A DNA stretch of 64,000 nt. It comes from Candidatus Latescibacterota bacterium. Its GTDB lineage: Bacteria > Latescibacterota > UBA2968 > UBA8231. A program made the position numbers and the translations under genes. Under the pieces are notes generated by a model. It searched no databases. It was given only the letters and a program-made list of their open reading frames with translations, and was not told the DNA's origin. Of this stretch, positions 10,772 through 20,928 are shown piece by piece. The stretch is taken from positions 2,688,001 through 2,752,000 of the forward strand of contig OZ241362.1 of assembly GCA_965200315.1 (NCBI GenBank). The letters run 5' to 3'. The first letter of the stretch is position 1; the number at the start of each line of letters is the position of its first letter.

Positions 10772-11707
10772 TCAGCTCAGTCCTTTATATGCTGTAAATA
10801 CAATCCTCAAATCCCGCTCCGCCCGCGCTAAGTTTGAATACGGCTGCCGCCCCGGCTCCTGCAAGCACTGCAAGAAGTCCCGCATCATGCCCTTGTAGCC
10901 CATCAAGTCCCCCACGCCCGGAAAGTAGAGCCGCTTCCGCCGCCCCCGCAACCGCACGTATAGCCCATTGCACTCGAAGACGATCCGCCCTTCAGTCCCC
11001 AAAATACGCGCGTGCTGAAAGATGCCCTTGGTCAAGCTGAAGGCGTTCCAAGCATAGCGCAACACCAGCTCGGCTCCCGATGGGTATTCGACCCGCACTA
11101 TCGAATTCCGCTCTGGCTCGCCCGCTCGGTGCCCGGGGAACTCTGCGGTCACCTGCCGGGGCGCGTCGGCGAAAAGGTCTGCTCCGAGGGCCACGAAGTG
11201 GACCCCTCCCTCCAGCAGCGCGCCGTAGCTGCTTTTCCATCCCGTGGCCTGCTGTGTAAAGCACTTGCCAATAATCGCCTGTTGCACTTGGCCGATAAAG
11301 CCCTGCTGAATGATCCACTTGAGCAGCTTGAGCGAGGGCTTGTAGTAGTAGTTTTCCGCGATCATTAGCAGCGCATCTGGATGGGCCGCCGCGGCTGCGC
11401 CAATGGCCGCCAAATCGTCTTCTGTGGCGCACAACGGCTTTTCCACCAGCACCCCCTTGCCGGCTGTCAACGCGGCGACGAGCTGCGGCCGATGGGCATC
11501 TGGCGGCGAGCTGATTAGCACCGCATCTACCGAGCTGTCGAGGATTTCGGCGTACGATGCGAAGACATGCCCCCCGCCGCATTGGCGGCTGAGGGCCTCG
11601 GCGCTGGCCTGCGTGCGGCTGTGAAAGGACAGCTCGACCTGGCCGACGAGGTTTTTCGCGTGCAGGCGACCGATGGTGCCGCATCCTACTAGACAGACCT
11701 TCTTCAT
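10772..11707 (-). CDS. Gfo/Idh/MocA family oxidoreductase
   Basis: VGCGTIG, VLVEKP; ATGA overlap with the upstream gene. Confidence 0.9.
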   Translation of the reverse strand: MKKVCLVGCGTIGRLHAKNLVGQVELSFHSRTQASAEALSRQCGGGHVFASYAEILDSSVDAVLISSPPDAHRPQLVAALTAGKGVLVEKPLCATEDDLAAIGAAAAAHPDALLMIAENYYYKPSLKLLKWIIQQGFIGQVQQAIIGKCFTQQATGWKSSYGALLEGGVHFVALGADLFADAPRQVTAEFPGHRAGEPERNSIVRVEYPSGAELVLRYAWNAFSLTKGIFQHARILGTEGRIVFECNGLYVRLRGRRKRLYFPGVGDLMGYKGMMRDFLQCLQEPGRQPYSNLARAERDLRIVFTAYKGLS

Positions 11708-13191
11708 CGCTTCTCCAATATCCGCTCGGCGACCCGCAGTGCGTTGGCCGCAATGGTCAAGCTCGGATTTACCCCGCCCGAAGACGGCATGAAGCTGCCG
11801 TCGGATACGTAGAGATTTTCGCTGCCCCAATAGCGGCAATCCACATCGAGTACGCCTTCCTCTGGCGCAGTGGCGCAGCGCAGGGTTCCCACCGCATGGG
11901 AGAAGGAATCGATCAAGTAGCGGTAGCGCAGCAGACCGCCCGCTTGGCGCAATACGGCTCCTGCTTTGGCCAGCAAGTAATCGCGGCGGCGACAGTCGGC
12001 GTTGCTATAGGCGTGCTCCACCTGCACCAGTTCCATGCCGAAGCCGTCCTGCTCGCTGGCCAACGACACGCGGTTGTCGCGGCGCGGATCGTCCTCGGCA
12101 ATACAGAGCAAGCTCTGCATCCTGCTGGCTAGCAGCCCGGCAAGGGTCTTGAAGCCCCAAGGGGTGTGGTGCCGGATGATCGGGGGACCCGGCGTGTAAA
12201 TGTCTTGGATGACGCCTACGGCCGTGCCGAATTCCGGGCGCAGGTCTTCGTAGAAATCGGAGAAACAGAGCTGTTTGTGGAAGACTTGCTGCGGGTTGGT
12301 GCGAAAAGGAAAGATGTAACAGGCAACCCCGTTGCAATGGCGCATGAGAAAGCGCCCAATCAGGGGGTGGTCGAACCCCGAACGGAGCATCAGGGCCGGG
12401 CTGTTGAGCGCCCCAGCGGCCAAGACCACTAAGTCGGCCGAAAGCGCGTGGGTTTGCCGAGAGGCGCTGTCCATGTATTCGACCTGCTCAACGCGACCAC
12501 CCCGTTGCACCAGCCGCCGCGCTACCGCACCGACGATGATCTCTAGTCCGGCCGCCGAGGCCGCGGCCAGTAAGGTGGAAGCCATGTCGTTTTTGGCCTC
12601 TACCTTGCAGGGGAACCCATCGCAGGTTAGGCAGCGCAGGCAGAGCGGCCGGGTGCGGTCGGAAAAGTTGATTGCCAGCGGAATCTTGAACGGCTGTAGC
12701 CCGAGGGCCGTCCCCGCTTGGTAAATGCGCTGGGCTGGTGCGCTCAGCGCAACGGCGTGGCGCGGATAGGTATCTATCCCCGGAGGCTGGTAGGGATCGG
12801 TGCCCACCTCGCCGTGGACCCCGAGGAGCTGCTCGGCGCGGGCGTAGTACGGCACTAGGTCGGCATAGGATAAGGGCCAGCGGGCAAAATCCGCCGGCCG
12901 CAGCCGCAGCGACGCCCCGCCAAAAAAGACCGAGTTGCCGCCGACGACCTCGTTGGGATAGGTGCGCTGGAAGGTGCGGCGTCCGTACTGCTTGACCAAC
13001 AGAGGCGAGGCCGAGCGGTAGCGCTTTTGCAGGAGAATGGTGCGCTGATCCCAGTCCGCGGCGTCGCGCTTGGCCCATTGGCCCCGTTCCAGCAGCGCGG
13101 TCTTGAGCCCGGCTTGTACCAGCGCGTGCGCCACCAGCGAGCCGCCGAACCCGGAGCCGATGACTACTGCATCATAGTGCGCCGCGTTCAT
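11704..13191 (-). CDS. GMC family oxidoreductase
   Basis: VVIGSGFGG, VGGNS, HAVGT, NPSLTIAANALR. Confidence 0.92.
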   Translation of the reverse strand: MNAAHYDAVVIGSGFGGSLVAHALVQAGLKTALLERGQWAKRDAADWDQRTILLQKRYRSASPLLVKQYGRRTFQRTYPNEVVGGNSVFFGGASLRLRPADFARWPLSYADLVPYYARAEQLLGVHGEVGTDPYQPPGIDTYPRHAVALSAPAQRIYQAGTALGLQPFKIPLAINFSDRTRPLCLRCLTCDGFPCKVEAKNDMASTLLAAASAAGLEIIVGAVARRLVQRGGRVEQVEYMDSASRQTHALSADLVVLAAGALNSPALMLRSGFDHPLIGRFLMRHCNGVACYIFPFRTNPQQVFHKQLCFSDFYEDLRPEFGTAVGVIQDIYTPGPPIIRHHTPWGFKTLAGLLASRMQSLLCIAEDDPRRDNRVSLASEQDGFGMELVQVEHAYSNADCRRRDYLLAKAGAVLRQAGGLLRYRYLIDSFSHAVGTLRCATAPEEGVLDVDCRYWGSENLYVSDGSFMPSSGGVNPSLTIAANALRVAERILEKR

Positions 13192-13972
13192 GGGCGTAGA
13201 GCACGGCCAGCCCGGCGATAATCACCAAGGCCGCGTAGTGGAACTTCTCGCGGGTGTCCAATTCGCGCTGGATTCTGGGTAGGTTGGGTTGGAATTTTCC
13301 GGACATATTGCGCTGGATGTAGGTCTTGTAATACTCGACTGTGAAGCGCTCTAGCCCGCCGTTCATGTAGATGAGAAATCCCAACCCGACCGGGTGTTCG
13401 GGATTGCCGAGAAAGTAAAACAGGGGACTCAAGGCGGCCAAGACGACTCCAGAGCGCTGGAATTTGAGCCACTTGAACCCCTCGAAGGGCGCGTCCTTAT
13501 AGGCGCCCCCCAAGGCCACGAGCAACCCAGTGCAATACCCGGTCACCAGATAGCCCCAGAAGCTCTCGATGGGTGCGGCGACGAGCAGGAAGGCGAAGAC
13601 AATGGCGACGATTAGGACTCCTGCGCCATAGCGGCCGAGGTCGCTGGTGACGGGCCGGCCAAAGAAGGTAATGCGCGAGGGGACGAAGTACTTTTGCTGG
13701 TCTTCGGTGCGAAAGAAGCCCTTGTAGATTTCGGCGAGGAAGCGCTCTAGGCCCATGATCAGGAAGAACATTTGCACGAGGCCAAGGTGCTGGAATTGCG
13801 CACTGAAATACGGGATGAAGTACAGCGGCAAAAAGATCGCGACGTGGAAGTACATGCTGCGCGGAAAGGTCTTGGGCTTGAAGCCCTCATACGGAGCGTC
13901 TTTGAACGCGCCCCACAAGCAGGTGTAGAGGCCGGAGACGAGGGTGGTGATAAACGACAGGGCGAAGGTCAT
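13172..13972 (-). CDS. Uncharacterised membrane protein with a two-fold internal repeat
   Basis: GA(F/Y)KDAP(Y/F)EGFK...F.RS...GLERF..E.YK occurs twice; multiple TM helices. Confidence 0.8.
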   Translation of the reverse strand: MTFALSFITTLVSGLYTCLWGAFKDAPYEGFKPKTFPRSMYFHVAIFLPLYFIPYFSAQFQHLGLVQMFFLIMGLERFLAEIYKGFFRTEDQQKYFVPSRITFFGRPVTSDLGRYGAGVLIVAIVFAFLLVAAPIESFWGYLVTGYCTGLLVALGGAYKDAPFEGFKWLKFQRSGVVLAALSPLFYFLGNPEHPVGLGFLIYMNGGLERFTVEYYKTYIQRNMSGKFQPNLPRIQRELDTREKFHYAALVIIAGLAVLYAHERGAL

Positions 13973-14126
13973 AGTCCGTTAGGAAGTTGTTGGAGTGGCC
14001 AAAGCATCAAATAGTAGGCTTCCCGCTTTGGTTGGGCAAACGCCTCGCGTGTTGACGTTATCTATGCCATTGGTCAGTTTTTGCAGTGATCTGGCCACTA
14101 CACAACTTCAACAAGGAGCTTTTCCC

Positions 14127-14990
14127 ATGCGGCTCGGCGTCGTCGGCATGTTGCCCCCGGACTTTCGCGAGATAAGCGACCAACACCTAGCGGCGATCAA
14201 GGCGCTCAACCTCACGGGCGCGGCCTTCCACGCCCCCGGGGAAAAGCTATCTGCCATCACCGCCGCAGAGTGCCACAAGGTGCGCGACACTATTGAGGCC
14301 GCGGGCATGGAGTTGCCCCAGTTCGGCATTGGCTTTTCCGAGTGCCTGTTCGATCCTGACTCTGCGGTGCGCGACCAAGTCGTCGGCAAAATCGAGCGCG
14401 GCATTGAAGTCGCCCGCCACTTGGCTGCCCACACCTGCCTAATCCGCACCGGTAGCCTCAACCCAGCCGGTTCGTACTCGCCATCTCGGCACAATCGCAC
14501 GCCCGAGGCCCGCGCCCGGCTCGTCGAAACCCTCAAGCGCGTGGCCGCCAAAGCCGAGTCCGCAGCCGTCACCATAGTCATTGAGACGCATCTGCTCACC
14601 ATCATGGGGTCGCCGGAAATAAATCGCGATGTGCTGCAAGCCGTTGGCTCCGAGCGCATGACCGTAGTGATGGATTACGTCAACCATTTTCAGAACTTGG
14701 ACCAAGTGTACAACAGCACCGAGCGCTTGCAGCACATATTTGAAATTATGAACCCGATCTCGGTCGTCGGGCATTGCAAGGACATCAAACTGTCCCCGGG
14801 CCTGGTGCTCCACATCGACGAGGAAATACCCGGCGATGGCGAACTCGACCTCGCAACCGCGCTCAAGCTGTGGCACGACGCCCATCCCGATGGCTACATG
14901 CTCCTCGAACACTTGCCCAACGAGAAATACCCCAGAGCCGCCGCCAATGTCCACCGCATCCTCGCCGAAGCCGGCATTCCGTTGCATTGA
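14127..14990 (+). CDS. Sugar phosphate isomerase/epimerase (TIM barrel)
   Basis: IVIETH, MDYVN, HCKD, MLLEH; AAGGAG RBS. Confidence 0.88.
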   Translation: MRLGVVGMLPPDFREISDQHLAAIKALNLTGAAFHAPGEKLSAITAAECHKVRDTIEAAGMELPQFGIGFSECLFDPDSAVRDQVVGKIERGIEVARHLAAHTCLIRTGSLNPAGSYSPSRHNRTPEARARLVETLKRVAAKAESAAVTIVIETHLLTIMGSPEINRDVLQAVGSERMTVVMDYVNHFQNLDQVYNSTERLQHIFEIMNPISVVGHCKDIKLSPGLVLHIDEEIPGDGELDLATALKLWHDAHPDGYMLLEHLPNEKYPRAAANVHRILAEAGIPLH

Positions 14991-14998
14991 AAGGCAGC

Positions 14999-15074
14999 GG
15001 TTAGTGAGCAGGCCCTGCACAGCCCCGCTTGGGCGGCGGGGACTAACCACTAACCACTGACCACTAATCACCAC
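14999..15074. repeat. GC hairpin flanked by heptamer repeats (ACTAACC-type x4, one inverted copy GGTTAGT)
   Basis: ACTAACC ACTAACC ACTGACC ACTAATC at 15042-15069; hairpin CCCCGC...GCGGGG near 15023-15041. Confidence 0.7.
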
Positions 15075-15119
15075 ATACAAGCCTCAACCAACGCATTGCA
15101 AGCAAACAAGGAGAATATT

Positions 15120-16310
15120 GTGATTAAGCCCCACGGCTCAGAAGAGCTCAAACCGCTCTACGTCGAAGACGATGCGGTGCGTGCCCAGTTGCTAGAAGAA
15201 GCCGCTGGCCTGCCCGTTGTAGTCGTCTCTTCGGCCGCTGCATCCTCAGCCGTCATGCTCGGCTCGGGTTACTTTACCCCGCTTACAGGCTTTATGGACG
15301 CGGCCGATGCCAAGAGCATAGCCGCCAACATGTACACGGCCGACGGCCTGCTGTGGCCCACCCCAGTCGTCAACATGGTCCCCGGCGATCAGATTCCGGC
15401 AGGCGTAGGCCCCGGTAGCCGCATCGCCCTGCTGGACCCGAATGTGGACGGCAATCCCGTTATTGCCATCCAGGAAGTGACCTCGGTCGAGTCGCTATCG
15501 GATGCGGAGTGCGCTGCCATCATTGCCCAAGTCTTTGGCACGAGCGACGACGCCCATCCCGGGGTAGCTGCGTTCAAGGCCGCGGGCGACACCCTTATTG
15601 CCGGACCAATTGAAGTACTCAACTTCTCGTACTTCCCCGGCGACTTCCCCCAGACCTTCCGCACCGCTGTCGAGCTGCGCGCCGAGATCGCCGAGCGCGG
15701 TTGGAACCGGGTCGTGGCCTTCCAGACCCGCAACCCCATGCACCGCGCCCACGAAGAGCTGTGCCGCATGGCGCAGCAGGCCGTCGAAGCCGATGGTATC
15801 CTCATCCACATGCTGCTGGGCAAGCTCAAGGCTGGCGACATCCCCGCCGACGTGCGCGACGCCTCCATCCGCAAGATGGTCGAGCTCTACTTCCCGGAAA
15901 ACACGGTGATGATCGCCGGCTATGGCTTTGACATGCTCTATGCCGGTCCGCGCGAGGCCGTGCTGCACGCCATCTTCCGCCAAAACAGCGGCTGCACGCA
16001 TCTGATCGTGGGCCGCGACCACGCGGGCGTTGGCGATTACTACGGAGCGTTTGACGCGCAGACTATTTTCGACGGCATTAGCGACGCCCTCGAAATCGAA
16101 ATTTTCCGCGGCGATCACACCGTCTGGTGCAAGGAGTGCAACGAGGTGGCGATGATGCGCGACTGTCCGCACGACGGCGACGCGTACCTGTTCCTGTCGG
16201 GGACCCAGGTCCGCGAGAAGCTGGCCGCTGGCGAGCCGCTGCCGCCGGAGTTTGCGCGGCCGGAAGTAGCCGAGATTCTCGCGGAGTACTATCAGCGGGA
16301 GGCTGTTTAG
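15120..16310 (+). CDS. sat: Sulfate adenylyltransferase
   Basis: AFQTRNPMHRAH, YAGPREA, HLIVGRDHAG, SGTQVRE. Confidence 0.97.
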   Translation: MIKPHGSEELKPLYVEDDAVRAQLLEEAAGLPVVVVSSAAASSAVMLGSGYFTPLTGFMDAADAKSIAANMYTADGLLWPTPVVNMVPGDQIPAGVGPGSRIALLDPNVDGNPVIAIQEVTSVESLSDAECAAIIAQVFGTSDDAHPGVAAFKAAGDTLIAGPIEVLNFSYFPGDFPQTFRTAVELRAEIAERGWNRVVAFQTRNPMHRAHEELCRMAQQAVEADGILIHMLLGKLKAGDIPADVRDASIRKMVELYFPENTVMIAGYGFDMLYAGPREAVLHAIFRQNSGCTHLIVGRDHAGVGDYYGAFDAQTIFDGISDALEIEIFRGDHTVWCKECNEVAMMRDCPHDGDAYLFLSGTQVREKLAAGEPLPPEFARPEVAEILAEYYQREAV

Positions 16311-16387
16311 ATGCCTTGGCAAACAAAGGAATTCACCATTCTCGACTTGGCCGGAAACGGAACAAACTCAACCACGAGGAGAGCGCA

Positions 16388-17404
16388 ATGGAATACCGCA
16401 GAATGGGCCGTACCGGCCTCAAAGTATCGGAAGTTTGCCTTGGCACCATGACCTTTGGCCACAGCACTGACGAACGGGAGGCCGAGCGGATCGTCGATCT
16501 GGCGTTTGATGCGGGCATCAATTTCTTCGACACAGCCGATTCCTATGGCGGTGGTGAGTCCGAGGTCATCACCGGCAAAGCACTCAAGGGCCGCCGCCGC
16601 GATGCAGTCATCGCCACCAAGTTCTTCAACCCCATGGGGCTTGGCCCCAACGACTCGGGGATGTCGCGGGTGCGCATTATGAACGCCGTTGAAGACAGCC
16701 TCCAGCGTTTGCAGACGGATCACATTGACCTCTATTACATTCATCACGTAGATACCCAGACCCCGTTGGAGGAGATGTTGCGCACCCTCGACGATTTGGT
16801 CCGCCAAGGCAAGGTGCGCTATATCGCCTGTTCCAACTTTCAGGCGTGGCGCTTGATGGAGGCGTTGTGGATTTCGGACGCGAACGGGTTGGCTCGCTTT
16901 GAGTGCTACCAACCGCAATACAGCTTGGTCGTCCGCGACATAGAGCAGGAGCTGATTCCCGTCTGTCAGCTCAAGGGGTTGGGCGTGGTCGTCTGGAGTC
17001 CGCTCGGCGGCGGCTTTCTCTCCGGCAAGTACCAGCCCGGCGAGCGCACCTTGGAAGGCACGCGTTCCGCCGATGCGTGGGCTTACCCGCAAAGCTATTT
17101 TGCCGCCAATGCCGACCAGACCTTAGAGACGCTCTTAGCGGTAGCCGACGAGATGGGCCGGTCGCCGGCGCAAGTCGCCCTGCGTTGGGTTTTGGAACAA
17201 CCGGCCATCACCTCGGTCATCATTGGCGTACGCACCGTTGAGCAGGCCCGCGACAACATGCTTGCCGGCAGCTTTTGTCTCCCAGACGAGGCCCGCGCCC
17301 GACTCGCCGAAGTCTCCCATCTGCCGCATCGCTATCCAGAGGCCATGGAAGCGAACATGCACGAGCGCCGCGACGACGCGGTCGATATGCCGACTCTGGA
17401 GTAG
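16388..17404 (+). CDS. Aldo/keto reductase
   Basis: GLKVSEVCLGTMTFG, FFDTADSY, IDLYYIH, WSPLGGG. Confidence 0.95.
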   Translation: MEYRRMGRTGLKVSEVCLGTMTFGHSTDEREAERIVDLAFDAGINFFDTADSYGGGESEVITGKALKGRRRDAVIATKFFNPMGLGPNDSGMSRVRIMNAVEDSLQRLQTDHIDLYYIHHVDTQTPLEEMLRTLDDLVRQGKVRYIACSNFQAWRLMEALWISDANGLARFECYQPQYSLVVRDIEQELIPVCQLKGLGVVVWSPLGGGFLSGKYQPGERTLEGTRSADAWAYPQSYFAANADQTLETLLAVADEMGRSPAQVALRWVLEQPAITSVIIGVRTVEQARDNMLAGSFCLPDEARARLAEVSHLPHRYPEAMEANMHERRDDAVDMPTLE

Positions 17405-17429
17405 GAGGCCGTCTTATTGTAATTCCTGT

Positions 17430-17643
17430 ACGACCGGCAACGAATTTATTCGCGAGGTAAGAAGACTTGGCCGCAAAAACAGGGTGTGAAGTCGCATTCG
17501 TCGCCCGGCGTGGCAAGGGCAGCCATGGTACACTCTACTAAGGCACCTGCTTTACTACCGTCAGCAACTCCAAGGATGAGCTTAAAACAGGCACGTTACA
17601 CGCCTTGTTAAGCCAACTCGGCCTTACCCGCGACGACTTATAG
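17430..17643 (+). pseudogene. hicA: HicA toxin pseudogene
   Basis: Reconstructs as (T)TGNEFIREVRRLGRKN / EVAFVARRGKGSHGTLY*GTCFTTV...ELKTGTLHALLSQLGL; ACG in place of ATG, a frameshift and an in-frame TAA. Confidence 0.8.
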
Positions 17644-17651
17644 GACGCCTT

Positions 17652-18086
17652 ATGCAAAACTTCATCTACTCGGCTACTTTGAATCCTGACGAAAAGGACG
17701 GCGGTTTTGTCGGCACTTTTCGCGACCTGCCCGAAGCCATCTCGCAAGGGGAGGCTGTTGAAGATGCGCTTAGAGAAGCCACTGACTGTTTGGAAGAAGC
17801 GATTGCCAACCGGATCGTCGTGGGGCTACCCATTCCTCAACCCACTACGACGAACCAACCTGAACATGCCATCTCCTTGGCAGCGCAGATGGCCGCCAAA
17901 GCTGCACTCTACTCAACCATCCGCGATAGCGACCGTACCCACTTTGAACTAGCCAAACGCCCACAGTGCGACATTAGGGAGCTCCGCCGCCTAGACCCGC
18001 GTCACGCCTCCGAACTGCCGAGTATTGAAGCCGCCTTGGCAGCGATGGGCCGGCAGCTAGTCGTAGCCCTACATAGTGCCGCTTAG
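17652..18086 (+). CDS. hicB: HicB family antitoxin with C-terminal HTH
   Basis: GGFVGTFRDLPEAISQGE...EEA; C-terminal RRLDPRH. Confidence 0.88.
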   Translation: MQNFIYSATLNPDEKDGGFVGTFRDLPEAISQGEAVEDALREATDCLEEAIANRIVVGLPIPQPTTTNQPEHAISLAAQMAAKAALYSTIRDSDRTHFELAKRPQCDIRELRRLDPRHASELPSIEAALAAMGRQLVVALHSAA

Positions 18087-19440
18087 CGACGGCCACCTCC
18101 CCCTCGAGGCGGCCAAAACCTGCGAGCTACACGTCCACATCGGCGGCAGCCTTTTTGCCGCTGATCTCCTCGACCTGGCTCGCGACCACTACGAAAAGAT
18201 CGACTGGTCGCTCTTTGTCGATAGCTTCGAGCGCGTATATCACCGCCGGCCCGATCCGGTCGCACTGTTCCGCGAGGCACTCCATAGCCAACGCCTCGAC
18301 CCGCTCAAGGCACACTGCGTGTACGGCGCGGAAGACCGGGGCGACTTTGCCCATTTCCAAGCCAAGTTCAACTTGGCGATATGCATCTATCGCCATTGGT
18401 GGAACGTCTTGGGCAAGCCAGAAGAAATTTTGCACCGCGTATTCGCCCACCACCGCCGCGAAGGGCTGCGCTACGTCGAATATCGCGCTATGGCCCCCTA
18501 CGACCACACCCGGCCCGAAGCCTTTGTGCAGTTTCACGAGCTGACCGCTCGCGCCATCGCCCAAGCCTGCGCCGCGGATTTTACCGCCCGCTACCTCATC
18601 AGTCTGCCGCGCTGGGCACCGCTCGAATGCTACAAATTGGTTCAACGCCTGATCAACGAATACGAGGATTTGGTCCCCACGATCGTCGGCTTAGACTTCT
18701 GCCACTTTGAGGAGGGCTACCCGCCCGCGAGCACCCGCGCCTTCTTCCACCGCCTGCGCCGCGACAACGATCTACGCCCGGAGCGCACCCTCGACGTGGC
18801 CTATCACGTCGGCGAGGTGTACTTCGACAAATCGCTCGAAAGCGCGGTGCGCTGGTGCCACGAAGCAGCGGAGTTAGGGGCACTGCGCTTGGGGCACTGC
18901 ACAGCGCTCGGCCTCGACCCGCAGGTTGCCGTGGCCCGCCAGCCCCAAGCCCACGAGAGGGAGACAGTCAGCGAACGCTTGGCCCAGATCGCCTACGATT
19001 TGCAACACCATACTGCATTGGAAGAATTCGGCGTTCCGGTCGATGACCAAGCCCTAATGAGGGAACGCGCTCGCCTCTCGTCCCAGCCCGGTGCGGCGCT
19101 CGTTCGCCGTGCATACGATCCCCCGCGCCTTGAAGCGGTGCGCCGACGGCAGGACTTTGCGCTCGGCCGCTTGGCCGCGCTCGGCACCATAGTAGAGACC
19201 TGCCCGACCTCCAACTTGCGCATCGGTGCCGTGCCCGACGCCAAAGATCACCCAGTGCATCGCTTCTTGGCCTCGGATGTCCGACTGGCCATTGGTGCCG
19301 ACGATCCCGGACTTTTCGACTGCACGCTCGCCGACGAAGTCGACTGGGTCCAGCGCCATACTGGCATGGCACCGGACGCGCTGCAAGCCCGCCTCGGCGA
19401 CCCGCGCAACTACCGATGCGGCGCGTCCCGCGCGCGCTAG
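18076..19440 (+). CDS. Adenosine/AMP deaminase-like metallohydrolase
   Basis: ELHVH, HVGE, RLGH, ETCPTSN, ADDP. Confidence 0.8.
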   Translation: MPLSDGHLPLEAAKTCELHVHIGGSLFAADLLDLARDHYEKIDWSLFVDSFERVYHRRPDPVALFREALHSQRLDPLKAHCVYGAEDRGDFAHFQAKFNLAICIYRHWWNVLGKPEEILHRVFAHHRREGLRYVEYRAMAPYDHTRPEAFVQFHELTARAIAQACAADFTARYLISLPRWAPLECYKLVQRLINEYEDLVPTIVGLDFCHFEEGYPPASTRAFFHRLRRDNDLRPERTLDVAYHVGEVYFDKSLESAVRWCHEAAELGALRLGHCTALGLDPQVAVARQPQAHERETVSERLAQIAYDLQHHTALEEFGVPVDDQALMRERARLSSQPGAALVRRAYDPPRLEAVRRRQDFALGRLAALGTIVETCPTSNLRIGAVPDAKDHPVHRFLASDVRLAIGADDPGLFDCTLADEVDWVQRHTGMAPDALQARLGDPRNYRCGASRAR

Positions 19441-19446
19441 GAACTC

Positions 19447-20928
19447 ATGATTACCCCGCAAAAGATGTTCAAGGGATTTTTCTATACCTTGGGCACGGGC
19501 TACGCCGCACGGCTGTGCAGCGTGGGGCTGACGGTCTTGCTCAAAAGGCAGCTCGAACCGAGCGTTTTTGCCGATGTGTTTTTGGGCGTGACGGTCTTTA
19601 CCATGTTGTCCAGCCTGCGCGAATTCGGCCTAGTACATGCGCTGTTGCACTTCCAAGATCGAGTCGAGGAATTCGTCGGTACGCACTTTGCGCTAAATGT
19701 GTGCATTACCCTGCTGTCGTGTTTGTTCACCAGCGGGGTCGTCTTGGCCTTGACGTTGCTTTTCCCAGCGGATTTTTCTTGGACCTTTGCCCAAGCCGCG
19801 TGGGTGCTGGCGGCACTGCACTTTGTGCGCCAACTGACCCTGACTTCAGAAGCTTTGCTGAGGATGGATTTTGAGTTTGGCAGGCTCTCCCTCTTGCACG
19901 GGGTGGGGACGCTGTTGGCCTTGAGCAGTGCGTTGCTGGCGGCCCACGCCGGGTGGGAAGAGTGGAGCCTGATATTGGGGGGATGGACCACGTACTCGGT
20001 GCTCAGCGTGGTGTACGTGCTGTTTTTTTCTACTGCTACTTGGTGCAGCCGACCCCTGAGTCTAGCCTCTTTGCGCTTCGACTGGATTTGGGCGCGCCGC
20101 TTATTGGGCTATGGAGTGTGGATCTGGATTGGTTGGGTATTGCAGATTTTTATTTGGTGGTACGACAAATTGGTTGTGCGCTTGGTCGTCGGCGATACGG
20201 CACTCGCGCTCTACGAGACGGCGTGGTGGCTAGTGCAGATTCCCACCGCGGTCATCGCGCATATCATCCTCAACTACAGCGGCGCCCTGTATTCGCGGTA
20301 TCGGCACGAGCGCGAGCGGCTGGGCGAGTTGTTCTCCAAGATGATCAGCCTAGTGCTGAGAGTGTCGGCCCCGGTGTCGCTGATCTTGGTCTTCAATGCC
20401 AGCGAAGTAACCGCCCTCTTGGGTGTCCAATGGGCTGGGTCGGCGTCCATCGTGGTTTGGCTGGCGGCGTATGCGCTGTTGCGCCCGCTGCTCAGCGATG
20501 GCTTTAGCCTGCTGTGGGCCGTAGGGGCGACGCGACGGTCTGCGTGCATAGTGGGGATGCAGGGGGTAGTGGCCCTTTTTGCCGTCCCGGCGCTGGCCGT
20601 GTTGTTGGGCGCGGAGGGCGTGGCGTACAGCATGGGTGTGGTGGCTGGCACGGGTTTCCTTGGACTGTGCATTGGCCTGCGCGCCTATGTACACGTCAAT
20701 TGGTTCAAGGTATTGGCCGCGCCGGCTGTGGGCTTGCTAACAGCCGCTGTCTGTGGATGGTCGTACGATCGTTGGGCCCTACATCATGCCGTGGGCGATT
20801 TTGTCTTGCGGAGTGGAATTATGGCGTTGGCCTATGGGATTGTTCTCGGGATACTAGAGCGCCGCATCATCGTCGAGGAGCTCGGGCACCTGCGCCGCAT
20901 TATGCGCGGGGGCGCGGAAGAGGAATAG
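19447..20928 (+). CDS. Oligosaccharide flippase (Wzx/MOP family)
   Basis: About 12-14 hydrophobic helices, YDKLVV...G..ALALY pattern. Confidence 0.85.
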   Translation: MITPQKMFKGFFYTLGTGYAARLCSVGLTVLLKRQLEPSVFADVFLGVTVFTMLSSLREFGLVHALLHFQDRVEEFVGTHFALNVCITLLSCLFTSGVVLALTLLFPADFSWTFAQAAWVLAALHFVRQLTLTSEALLRMDFEFGRLSLLHGVGTLLALSSALLAAHAGWEEWSLILGGWTTYSVLSVVYVLFFSTATWCSRPLSLASLRFDWIWARRLLGYGVWIWIGWVLQIFIWWYDKLVVRLVVGDTALALYETAWWLVQIPTAVIAHIILNYSGALYSRYRHERERLGELFSKMISLVLRVSAPVSLILVFNASEVTALLGVQWAGSASIVVWLAAYALLRPLLSDGFSLLWAVGATRRSACIVGMQGVVALFAVPALAVLLGAEGVAYSMGVVAGTGFLGLCIGLRAYVHVNWFKVLAAPAVGLLTAAVCGWSYDRWALHHAVGDFVLRSGIMALAYGIVLGILERRIIVEELGHLRRIMRGGAEEE

